Source: an uncultured Gemmatimonadales bacterium
GTDB taxonomy: Bacteria > Gemmatimonadota > Gemmatimonadetes > Longimicrobiales > Longimicrobiaceae
Assembly: GCA_963716255.1 (NCBI GenBank)
Contig: OY970303.1
Span: 5,344,001-5,408,000, forward strand
Reading direction: 5' to 3'
DNA: 64,000 nt
A model generated the notes under the pieces. The model ran no database searches. It worked only from the letters and a program-made list of their open reading frames with translations, and was not told the DNA's origin. The translations under genes and the position numbers were made by a program. Below, piece by piece: positions 6,901-28,200 of the stretch. The stretch's first letter is position 1, and each line of letters opens with the position of its first letter.

Positions 6901-9424
6901 CGGCCGAAAAGGCCAGGTCGCGCAGGGTCCCGGTGGCGCGCAGGCTCCCGGTGGCGCTCCCGTGCAGCTGGGCGGCGGGGGCGAAGCGCCCCACCGTCGC
7001 TAAGGCGAGGGGGAGCGCCCGCACGTCCACAGCGAAGCGCCCGCCCTCCCCGAACGGGATGCCCGCGTCCCCCACCAGCCGCGAGCGCCCCGTGGGCGCC
7101 TCGTGCGTCACGTCGCCGCTCACCGCCAGCCGCGTCGCGGTGGAGCCGTTCACCGTCGCGCGGCCGGACAGGAAGCCGGCCAGGGGGAGGTCGGGGTTGA
7201 AGGCGCGCACCAGCGCCGTCTGCAGCGGGTCGAAGCGCAGCCGCAGGTCGCGGGCGCGGAACGCTTCCCCGAAGCCGACGCCGCCCGCGGCCACCAGGTG
7301 GGAGCGCCCGGTCTCCGCGCCGGCGTGCACCAGGTCCGCGGCGACGCGCATGTCGGCGGGGGTGCCGCTCAGCCTCGCCGTCCCCTCCACCGTGCCGCCC
7401 AGCGCCAGGTCCGGCTTGAAGGCCCGGGCCAGCGCCACCTGCAGCGGGTCGAAGCGCAGCCGCAGGTCGTTGGCCCGGAACACGTCGCCGAAGGCGACGC
7501 CGCCGCTCGCCACCAGGCGGGAGCGGCCCGTGGGCGCGCTGCGGTGCACCAGGTCCGCGGCGAGGCGCAGGTTCTCCGGCGTGCCGTTGAGGGTGGCCGT
7601 TCCCTCCACCGTCCCCTCCAGCGCCAGGTCCGGCTTGAAGGCCCGGGCCAGCGCCACCTGCACCGGGTCGAAGCGCAGCCGCAGGTCCCGCGCGCGGAAC
7701 GTCTCGCCGAAGGCCACGCCGCCGCTGGCGACCAGGCGGGAGCGGCCGGTAGGCGCGCTCCTGTGCACCAGGTCCGCGGCCAGGCGCAGGTCTTCCGGCC
7801 TCCCGTTCAGCGTCGCCGTCCCTTCCAGCGTCCCGCCCAGCGGGAGGTCGGGCTTGAAGGCGCGGGCGAGGGCGACCTGGAGCGGGTCCAGGCGCACCTC
7901 CAGGTCGCGGGCCGCGAAGCCGCCGGGGCGGCGGACGACCTCCCCGTCGGCGAGCACGCGGGAGCGGCCGACGGACGCGTCCCGGTGCGCCAGGTCGGCG
8001 CGGAAGTCGAACCCCGTGCGCGTGCTCCCGGTGAGGACGGCGCTGCCGGTGATGGCCCCGCCCACCGGGATGTCGGTCCCCGCGGCGCTCGCCAGCGCCA
8101 GCTGCACCGGGGCGAAGCGGAGCCGCAGCCGCTCGGCGCGGAAGCCGTCCCCGGTGCCCACCACGCCGTCCGCCAGGACCCGGCTGGTCCCCGAGGCGCG
8201 CTCGGTGAAGGCCACGTCGCCGTCCACGCGCAGCGCCTCGGGGCGCCCGGCGAGCGCCACCCGCCCGTCCAGCGTCCCCTCGCGCGGCGAGTCCACCGCG
8301 GGCGCGAGGCGGCGGATCAGCCGGGTGTCCAGCGACGCGAAGCGCACGTCGCTGGGGCCCAGGCGCAGCGAGTCGCCGAAGGTGACGTCCAGGTACCCGG
8401 CCAGCCGCGCGCGCTCCACCGACAGCGCCACCTGCCGCGCCACCACGCGGGTGCGCTCGCCCCGCCGGGTGAGGCCCAGCCGCAGGCTCCCCCCGCCGCG
8501 CTCCGGGAGCGGGAGGTAGGCCCAGCGCAGGTCCGCCAGCGCCAGCCGCGGCACCACGGCGGACGCCACGAGGTCGCCGTTGCCCACGTCGTACGTGCCG
8601 TCCAGCGTCGCCTGCGAGCCGGGGAGCGCCACCCGCAGCCGCTGCACGGTGACCGTGTCGCCGCTCTTGACGATGCGCCCGGCGAGGTCGCGCACGTCGG
8701 CGGCGGGGGGGCGGAAGGGGAGGGCGAGCATGCTCAGCCGCCCCACGTCGAACACCATGGCGGCGCTGTCTGGGTGCGCCAGCCGCAGCCGGTCGAAGCG
8801 GCCGTCGAGCCGCCGGTAGTCCTGGATGCTCTGGAAGCCGCGGGGCACGCGGACGACGAGCTGCCGGTTGGCCGTGGAGAGCGCGGCGGCGATGGCGCTG
8901 TCGCGCGCGGCGCCGCGGAGCGAGTCGGCCGGGAGCCACTCGTTGCGCACCAGCACGCGCCCGTCCGCCACCTCCAGGCCGCGCACGGAGATCCAGGCGC
9001 CGAACCCCTGCCGCGTGGGCGGCTTGGTGGTGTCGCTGGGGAAGATGCGGGCGAAGTTCCAGGCCAGCCCCGGCTGACGGTCCAGCACCACCACCGGGCG
9101 CACCAGCCGCACGTCCGCCAGCTCGATTCGCCGGCTCAGCAGCGGGAGGAGCGAGTAGCCCACCGCCACGGTGTCCGCGCGGAAGAAGGGAGCCCCCGTG
9201 CTGTCGGTGATGACCAGCCCGGCGATGCGCGCGCCGGAAAGCAGGTTGCCCTGCACCGGGCCCACCTGGACGATGCCGTGCGCGCTCGCCTGCAGCTTGG
9301 CGGTCACGAAGCGGCGCACCCGCTCGCGCCCGCTGTCGGTCTGCGTCACGAACACCAGGATGGCGGCGACCACCACCACCAGGGTGGCCAGGGCGCCGAG
9401 CACCACCTTCGCCCAGCGCGGCAT
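3965..9424 (-). CDS. tamB: Translocation and assembly module TamB/AsmA-like protein (~1819 aa)
   Basis: True start MPRWAKVVLG followed by an N-terminal TM anchor; long amphipathic beta-strand pattern; DUF490-like C terminus (GEYTFAGR, INPVLQLKA, GTLQTPRLTLQSN, DLLSYFAFG, ...WQRRF); start overlaps the tamA stop (TGATG). Confidence 0.88.
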   Translation of the reverse strand: MPRWAKVVLGALATLVVVVAAILVFVTQTDSGRERVRRFVTAKLQASAHGIVQVGPVQGNLLSGARIAGLVITDSTGAPFFRADTVAVGYSLLPLLSRRIELADVRLVRPVVVLDRQPGLAWNFARIFPSDTTKPPTRQGFGAWISVRGLEVADGRVLVRNEWLPADSLRGAARDSAIAAALSTANRQLVVRVPRGFQSIQDYRRLDGRFDRLRLAHPDSAAMVFDVGRLSMLALPFRPPAADVRDLAGRIVKSGDTVTVQRLRVALPGSQATLDGTYDVGNGDLVASAVVPRLALADLRWAYLPLPERGGGSLRLGLTRRGERTRVVARQVALSVERARLAGYLDVTFGDSLRLGPSDVRFASLDTRLIRRLAPAVDSPREGTLDGRVALAGRPEALRVDGDVAFTERASGTSRVLADGVVGTGDGFRAERLRLRFAPVQLALASAAGTDIPVGGAITGSAVLTGSTRTGFDFRADLAHRDASVGRSRVLADGEVVRRPGGFAARDLEVRLDPLQVALARAFKPDLPLGGTLEGTATLNGRPEDLRLAADLVHRSAPTGRSRLVASGGVAFGETFRARDLRLRFDPVQVALARAFKPDLALEGTVEGTATLNGTPENLRLAADLVHRSAPTGRSRLVASGGVAFGDVFRANDLRLRFDPLQVALARAFKPDLALGGTVEGTARLSGTPADMRVAADLVHAGAETGRSHLVAAGGVGFGEAFRARDLRLRFDPLQTALVRAFNPDLPLAGFLSGRATVNGSTATRLAVSGDVTHEAPTGRSRLVGDAGIPFGEGGRFAVDVRALPLALATVGRFAPAAQLHGSATGSLRATGTLRDLAFSAGLAVEQGGRVDADGRLDLASPARSYDVRARFAEFDANAVTLRAPATRLNGTASAVGRGTDPATLSATLAADLAGARVGTTDVDEVRLLARLAGGLASVERGTVRLGSALAEAQGSFGLVAGRSGTLAYRVRVDTLARFAGLVPADTARVRPRPAGIARAVEQARADSLRVARATEVERAATGLPAEPRLQVDTAQAIARDSLSGSLEASGTLAGNVERFDLRGTAAMRELVAFGSSVGSGRVAYTWLNAPTPRSDLSLDAQLDRVRAAGFDLDSVGARVRYAGSRAAGNGTVDLRVRQDPRRDYRATAAFALSPERSEVRYSELALRFDTTTWRAPHPGAVSWAGSGVEVRDVELLSGDGGRIYADGRLPTEGPADLRLAVDRLQVGDVLALVQDSLRVRGLLSLDAQLRGTGRNPVISGTAGLVEAVVDTVRVPDARARFAYADRVLRGDAELAQGGRVLLTADGRLPVNLALSGVEGPRFAADAPLVLDVRADSLPLEALPSFTTAVSDVRGRLVGSLAVRGTRADPDVRGVVNLDLGSLRLVQPGVDLRDVAGTVRVAGDTAVVDSLTARSRRGTIRVAGGLDLATLTQPGFDLELSARDARVLDNEMGKVEADADLALDGPWTAARVTGALRVRRGVIYAPETGVPERIDIDAPSVTALGDTAALRVLPVQNPLLANLRVDVDVSIAPDTWVRNTQANVQIYTPAETGALTVSMDRATQALALRGTVNTERGEYTFAGRRIRLTQGSVLFLGQSPINPVLQLKAEQEVRLANRPAFAIQLLVGGTLQTPRLTLQSNAQPPISESDLLSYFAFGESTTSLLQPQAGGSLSGGSGGGGALLGSVGALATQQLGATAVGTVVDQIEQQARRSLNLDVFNVTPAPLPPELALQGYFNVFRGAQFEAGRYLSSRWFVAGQGRTAAVFPGVRVEYRTLTGFQWVTSWEPRYLSQQPSLTVDQSPATANVFGAFLQWQRRF
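7045..8145 (-). repeat. About five tandem 219-nt (73-aa) intragenic repeats in tamB
   Basis: GTCGAAGCGCAGCCGCAGGTC recurs at 7229, 7448 and 7667; unit FRARDLRLRFDPxQVALARAFKPDL...TGRSRLVASGGVAFG. Confidence 0.9.
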
Positions 9425-11652
9425 CAGAACGCCTCCCCGATGGAGAGGTGGAGCGCCAGCCGGCTGCCGACCTGGCCCAGGAACCCGCCGCCCTCCTCCA
9501 GCGGGTCGTAGCGCTTGCGGACGTTCAGCCGGACCAGCCGGTTGACGCCGTTCTCGGTGACCTGCGTGACCACGGCCAGCTCCTCGCGGATGGAGGGGTG
9601 GATCCCCAGGTCCACCCGCACGGGGCCGATGGGGGAGCGGTAGCGGACGCCGAAGCCCGGCGTCACCGCGGACCGGGCGTCGGCCAAGCCGCTCAGCTCG
9701 GGCCCGCCGACGCGGGCGGCGTCCACGAACACCGCCCCCACGAAGTTGCCCCACACCGGGCGCCGGTACTCGATCCCCGCCTCCACTACCTGCGTGCCGC
9801 CCAGCGGGCGCGGCTGGAACTCGGACGAGGGCACCGCGTTGGGATCGCAGTCGCCGCTCAGCAGGGTGGCCGTGGTGCAGGGCGCCGTCCCGTCGTCCGC
9901 GGGGCTCAGCAGGAGCTCCGGGTCCACCGTGAGGATGCGTGGGCCCAGCTGGTTTTCCGCGAAGCCGCGCACCGAGCGCGCGCCGCCGGCGTAGAAGCGC
10001 GTGGTGGGGTGCAGGATCGTCCCCGCCTCCTCCCCGGCCCCCACCGCCTCGGCCGTCCCGGACAGCCCCTGCACCCACCCGGCGCGAAGGCGCCCCGCCA
10101 GCGTCCCCCGCCCCAGCGGGAGGTCGCGGGTGACCTCGGCCTCGGCGCGGTTGTACCTGAAGTCGGAGGCGGTGAGCTGCGAGGCGTGCTCCAGCCCCAG
10201 CCGCGCCGTGTACCCGGAGGTGCGCCGGAGCGCGTCGTCCACCCGCTCCACGAAGCCGCTGACCGCGAGGGGGGAAAGGCTCTGGCGGCCCTGAAGCGCC
10301 TTCACGGTGGGGCGGTCGCACACGCCGTAGTTGACGCAGAAGTACACGTCGCCCGCCAGCACCGTGTTCAGCTCGTAGCGGTACACCAGGCTGAGCGGCG
10401 CCCGGTCCGCAAGGCTGCGGGTGAAGGTGAGGTTTGCGCCGAAGCCGCGGTCCACCACCACCGCCGGCTCCACCCTGCGCCGCGCGAACACCCCGAGCGC
10501 CAGCGAGCTCCCCGCGGCGGGGAACGCCGGCTGTGCCACCTGGGCGCTCGCCTGCCAGGTGGGCCGCAGGAAGGCCTCGTCGTCCACGCCCGAGAGCACG
10601 GACGGCTCCTCCTCGCGGAAGATGAAGGCGCCGTTCAGCTGCGAGGCCAGCAGCCGCCCCACCACCCCGGTGAGGTCCAGCCGGCGCCCGCCGCCCAGCC
10701 AGTTGAACCGGGTGAACTGCGCCTGCGCCTGGACGTAGTCGACGGTGGTGAAGCCCACCTGGGTGCGCAGCATCCGGAACGGCGCCTCCTGCACCGTCAC
10801 CGCCACGGTCTTGGCGCTGTCCTGCGCGGGGGGAACGGCGATGAGCGCGGTCTGGAACATCCCCGTGAGGTAGAGCGCGCGCTGCGCCTCCTCCACGCGG
10901 GCCGGGCGGAAGAGCTGCCCCTCCCGGATGGTGAGGGCGTCGCGGATGGTGGCGTCCGTCACCCGCTCGTTGCCCTCCACGTCGATGCGCTCGATGGTGG
11001 TGCGGCGCCCCGGCTCCAGCGCCACCTCCACCGCCGCGTCCAGCGAGTCCACCAGCACCGCCGTGTCGCGCGCGGTGGCGTCGCCGTAGCCGCGCTCCTG
11101 GAGCGCGACGAGGAGCCGCGTCGTCGCGGAGTCGAGCTGGAGGACGTTGAGCGGGGCGCCGGTGTCCGGGAGGGCGGCGGCGCGGACCTGCCGCTCGCCC
11201 AGCACCGGCGCGGCCTGCCTCACGGCGAGGGAGCGGATGCGGGTGGCGGGGCCCTGGTCCACGTTGAAGGTCACGGCCACTCCGCTCCCCCGCGGGGTCA
11301 CGGTGGTGGCCACCGTGGAGTGCCGCCATCCCCGGCGCCACAGGAACACGCGGATGCGCAGCTCGTCCTGCGGGAGCTCCGCCGGCTCCAGGTCGTGCTT
11401 TTCCACGAAGGCGCCGGCGCGGCTGACCCAGCAGAAGGGCTTGAGGAAGATGCTGCGGCAGCGGGTCGCCTGCGTGACGATCCCCCCGCGCAGCTCGGCC
11501 ATGTCCACGCCGCGCACGCCGCGGATCTCCACGCGCTGCACGCGCGGGGTGTCGTCGGTGCCGGTGATGGACTGCGCGGCGAGCGGCCCGGCCCCCAGCA
11601 GGGCCAGGGCCGCGCACACGAGGCGGAGCGACAGGGTTCGCGGACGCGGCAT
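9424..11652 (-). CDS. tamA: Omp85-family (TamA/BamA-like) outer-membrane protein (~742 aa)
   Basis: Signal peptide MPRPRTLSLRLVCAALALLGAGPLAA; POTRA-like repeats (IERIDVEGNERV); RFYAGGARSVRGF lid motif; GFGVRYRSPIGPVRVDLG; C-terminal LHLSIGEAF; directly upstream of tamB. Confidence 0.9.
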   Translation of the reverse strand: MPRPRTLSLRLVCAALALLGAGPLAAQSITGTDDTPRVQRVEIRGVRGVDMAELRGGIVTQATRCRSIFLKPFCWVSRAGAFVEKHDLEPAELPQDELRIRVFLWRRGWRHSTVATTVTPRGSGVAVTFNVDQGPATRIRSLAVRQAAPVLGERQVRAAALPDTGAPLNVLQLDSATTRLLVALQERGYGDATARDTAVLVDSLDAAVEVALEPGRRTTIERIDVEGNERVTDATIRDALTIREGQLFRPARVEEAQRALYLTGMFQTALIAVPPAQDSAKTVAVTVQEAPFRMLRTQVGFTTVDYVQAQAQFTRFNWLGGGRRLDLTGVVGRLLASQLNGAFIFREEEPSVLSGVDDEAFLRPTWQASAQVAQPAFPAAGSSLALGVFARRRVEPAVVVDRGFGANLTFTRSLADRAPLSLVYRYELNTVLAGDVYFCVNYGVCDRPTVKALQGRQSLSPLAVSGFVERVDDALRRTSGYTARLGLEHASQLTASDFRYNRAEAEVTRDLPLGRGTLAGRLRAGWVQGLSGTAEAVGAGEEAGTILHPTTRFYAGGARSVRGFAENQLGPRILTVDPELLLSPADDGTAPCTTATLLSGDCDPNAVPSSEFQPRPLGGTQVVEAGIEYRRPVWGNFVGAVFVDAARVGGPELSGLADARSAVTPGFGVRYRSPIGPVRVDLGIHPSIREELAVVTQVTENGVNRLVRLNVRKRYDPLEEGGGFLGQVGSRLALHLSIGEAF

Positions 11653-11979
11653 CAGGCGGCGGCGCAATCGCACTTCATGAGCGATCTCCCGCTGGGTTTT
11701 CGGCAGACGGATACCCGGCACCGCGCAGCGAGCGGAGGCGCACGGGTTCGATGGAAGCGACATCCTTCGCGGCGGAAGCCGCGATTCGCGTGCCAGCCAC
11801 AAACGGATGCGGCGCCGCGGCGGGCCGCACGGGGAGGCGGAGCGTGGGAATCCGCGTCCACTCCGGCGGGTGCCGGCGCCGAAGGCGTCCGGGGCATCGC
11901 CCTCCGTTACATTCACCGCGTATCTTTGGCGGTCCGGCCCCCGCCGCAGGCCCCCGTCCCGCCCGCGCCCTCCATCGAC

Positions 11980-12354
11980 ATGCCGTTCTCGATCTCGACC
12001 GACGACGGAATCATGCGCATCGTCCTGTCCGGCACGCTGACGTCCGAGGACCTGGTCGAGGCGGCGGACGCGATGGGCGAGGCCGAGAGCGCCGCCGACG
12101 TGTGTCCGCCCCGCGTCACCGACCTGGCGCGCGTCACCCGCTTCGAGGTGGGGTTCGACGACATGTTCCGGCTGGCGCGGCGGCGGCGCCGGCAGCCGCC
12201 GGCCAACCCCATCCGGTCCGCCGTCGTCGCCGCCACTCCCGTGCAGGTCGGCTTCGCGCGGATGCTCCAGACGCTCAACGACCACCCGAAGGTCACCATG
12301 CGGATCTTTTCCGACCTGGACGGCGCGCTGGCGTGGGTGGCGTCTCCCGCCTGA
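11980..12354 (+). CDS. Small SpoIIAA/STAS-SEC14-like protein (124 aa)
   Basis: MPFSISTDDGIMRIVLSGTLT...RSAVVA...GFARM...RIFSDLDGALAWV matches the family pattern (C-terminal F..xxxAxxW). Confidence 0.7.
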   Translation: MPFSISTDDGIMRIVLSGTLTSEDLVEAADAMGEAESAADVCPPRVTDLARVTRFEVGFDDMFRLARRRRRQPPANPIRSAVVAATPVQVGFARMLQTLNDHPKVTMRIFSDLDGALAWVASPA

Positions 12355-12377
12355 AGCGGGCGGCGGCGGAGGAAGCG

Positions 12378-12416
12378 GCGGAGGCCCTGCACCGCGAGCC
12401 GGCGCAGGGCCTCCGT
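12378..12416 (+). terminator. Hairpin after the SpoIIAA-like gene
   Basis: CGGAGGCCCTGC...GCAGGGCCTCCG 12-bp stem; no U-tract. Confidence 0.45.
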
Positions 12417-12516
12417 GCACCGGGAATTGACCTGTCCGGGGCGCGGAATCCATCCCCTCCAACCGTGCCCCGGGGAAGGGGATCTGGGTGACGGGCAGGC
12501 GGGCGGGTACCCTTTC

Positions 12517-12545
12517 TTGACAGAAAATCTGCGCTCGTCTACCGT
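12517..12545 (+). promoter_or_regulatory. Putative sigma70 promoter of the NRPS operon
   Basis: TTGACA (12517-12522), 17-nt spacer, TACCGT (12540-12545), about 100 nt upstream of ATG 12644. Confidence 0.7.
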
Positions 12546-12643
12546 TCCACTCCGCCCCTTACGCGCCTGCCGCGGCCACGCTGAAGAGAGCGGGGCGCCG
12601 CGGCCGCGGGGCTCCATCCACGCATCAACAGACAGGAATCTCC

Positions 12644-25257
<12,614 letters not shown>

Positions 25258-25261
<4 letters not shown>

Positions 25262-28200
25262 GCGGGGGAGGCGCCACGGACCTGTCCGCGGAAGACCTGG
25301 AGCTGATGGCCTTCCTGCTGGGGAAGGCGGGGATCGAATCGTCCGGCCCGGAAGCCATCCGCCCCCGCGCCCCGGGGACGCGCATCCCGCTCACCTTCTC
25401 GCAGAAGAGGATCTGGTTCCTGGAGCAGCTGGAGCCGGGCGCGCACATCTACAACGAGCTGGCGGGGATGCGGCTGGTGGGCGAGCTGGACGGCGCGGCG
25501 ATGGACGCGGCCGTGCGCGGCGTGGTGGAGCGGCACGAGTCGCTGCGCACGGTGTTCGTGGAGGAAGCGGGCGAGCCGGAGCAGGTGGTGCAGGGCGGCC
25601 ACCCCGTGCGGCTGGAGCTCCGCGACCTGTCGCACCTCCCGGAGGAGGACCGGCCGGCCGAGGTGCGCCGCGCCGCCGACGAGGTCACCTACCTCCCCTT
25701 CGACCTGGTGCGCGGCCCGCTGCTGCGCCCCACCCTGCTCCGCCTGGGAGCGCGCGACCACGTGCTCCTCCTGTCCCTGCACCACGCCGTCTTCGACGGG
25801 TGGTCGTGGGGCGTCCTCTGGCGCGAGCTCGTCGCGCTGTACAACGCCGCGCGCCAGGGGCGGCCGCCCGCGCTCCCGCCGGTCGCGCTCCAGTACGGCG
25901 ACTTCGCCGTGTGGCAGCAGGAGCACCTGGCCGGGGGCGCCCTGGAGCGGCAGACGGAGTACTGGAAGGCGCGCCTCCGCGGCGCGCCCACGCTGATCGG
26001 CCTTCCCACCGACCGGCCGCGTCCCGCGGAGCAGACCTACCGCGGCGACTCCTCCGAGTTCGTCGTCCCGGAAGAGCCTGCCGCCCGGCTGTCCGCGATC
26101 GCGCAGGGGGAGGGCGCCACGCTGTTCATGGCGCTCGTCGCCGTGCTCGCCGCGCTCCTGGGCCGCTACGCCGGGGAGGACGACGTGGTGATCGGGTCGC
26201 CCATCGCCAACCGGACCCGGCCGGAGCTGGAGGGCGTCGTCGGCCTGTTCGCAAACACCCTGGCCGTGCGCACGGACCTGTTGGGAGACCCCACCTTCCG
26301 CGAATTGCTGGGACGGGTGCGCGACGCCGTGTTCGACGACTTCGCCAACCAGGACCTCCCTTTCGAGAAGATCGTGGAGGAGCTGCGGACCGAGCGCAGC
26401 CTGAGCTACAACCCCGTCTACCAGGTCCTCTTTTCCCTGCAGAACGTGGCGCGCGCGGACGGCGGGCTCGACGGGCTGGATTTCCACCCGCTGGAGGCGT
26501 CGCACCGCAGGTCCAAGCTGGACCTGGCGCTGACGCTGGTGGAACGGGAGCGCGGCATGCGCGGCGTCTGGGAGTACAGCACCGAGCTGTTCGACCGGGA
26601 CACCATCGTCCGCCTGTCCGACCACTTCCTCGTCCTCCTCGCCGCGGCGGTGGCGGAGCCGGACCGGCCCCTCGCCGACCTCCCGCTGGTCCGCCCGGAG
26701 GAGCGCACGCGCCTGCTGCGCACCTGGAGCGCCGGGGGTCCCGCGGGGGAGGACCCGCGCCCCGTCCACCTCCTCGTCGACGAGCAGGCGGAGCGGACGC
26801 CGCACGCCGTGGCCGTCGCCCTGGCGGGCGAAACGCTCACCTACGGCGAGCTGGGGCGCCGCGGCCGCGCGCTGGCGCACCACCTCCGCGGGCGCGGCGT
26901 GGGCCCGGAGACGCGGGTGGGCGTGTACCTCGACCGCTCGCCGGAACTGCTGGTGGCGCTGCTGGGTGTGCTGGGGGCGGGCGGCGCGTACGTCCCGCTG
27001 GACCCGCAGTCCCCGCGCGACCGCCTGGCGCAGCTGGCGGAAGACGCGGGGATCGCGGTGCTCCTCACCCGGGAGCGCCTGTTCGCGGAGCTGCCCGGCA
27101 GCGTCGCGGCCGAGGCGGTCTTCCTGGACGCGGACCGGGAGCGGATCGAGGCGGAGCCTGCCGCCGCGCCGGAAGCCCCGGTCTTCCCGGAAAGCGCCGC
27201 GTACGTGATCTACACCTCGGGCTCCACAGGGAAGCCCAAGGGGGTCGTGGTCCCGCACGGCGCGCTCGCCGGGTTCACGGCGGCGGCTCGGGGGGCGTAC
27301 GGGATCGGTCCGGCGGACCGGGTGCTCCAGTTCGCCTCGGTGGCCTTCGACGCGAGCGCGGAGGAGATCTGGCCGACGCTGGCCTCCGGGGCCCGCCTGG
27401 TGCTTCGGACCGAGGAGATGCTGGGCTCGGCGCGGCTCTTTTTGGAGGCCTGCCGGGAGTGGGGGATCACGGTGCTGGACCTGCCCACCGCGTACTGGCA
27501 CGAGCTGGTGGCCGAGCTGAGCGAGGAGGCGGGGGCGGATCTTCCGGCGGCGCTGCGGCTGGTGATCATCGGCGGGGAGCGGGCGCTTCCGGAGCGTCTG
27601 CGCGCGTGGCGGGAGCGGTTCGGGGCGCGGGTGCGGCTGGTGAACACGTACGGCCCCACGGAGGCGACGGTGGTGGCCACGCTGTGCGACCTGCAGGAGG
27701 CGGAGGACGACCCGTCGTCGGCCCCGCGGCACGTGGCGATCGGGAGGGCTCTGGGGCACGCTCGGGCCTACGTGCTGGACCCGCGGGGCGAGCCCGCCCC
27801 GGTGGGGGTGCCGGGCGAGCTGTACCTGGGGGGCGGGGGCGTGGCGCGCGGCTACCTGGGCGACCCGTCGCGGACCGCTGGGGCGTTCGTGCCCGACCCG
27901 TTCACGGGGGTGGCGGGGGCGCGGCTGTACCGCAGCGGCGACCGGGTGCGGTGGCGCGCGGAGGGGACGCTGGAGTTCATCGGGCGGGTGGACCAGCAGG
28001 TGAAGATCCGGGGATTCCGGGTGGAGCCGGGGGAGGTGGAGGCGGTGCTGTCGCGTCAGCCGGGTGTGGAGGACGCCGCGGTGGTGGCGCGGGAGGACGC
28101 GCCGGGGCAGCCGCGTCTGGTGGCGTACGTGGTGCTGGCGGAGCCGGCGCCGCCGGTGTCCGTGCTGCGGGCGGCGCTGAAGGCGGAGCTGCCGCCGTAC

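Noticed and set aside
3965..11652. tamAB as the export system for the NRPS product
   Set aside because: TAM is a general envelope-biogenesis module; only adjacency supports a link.
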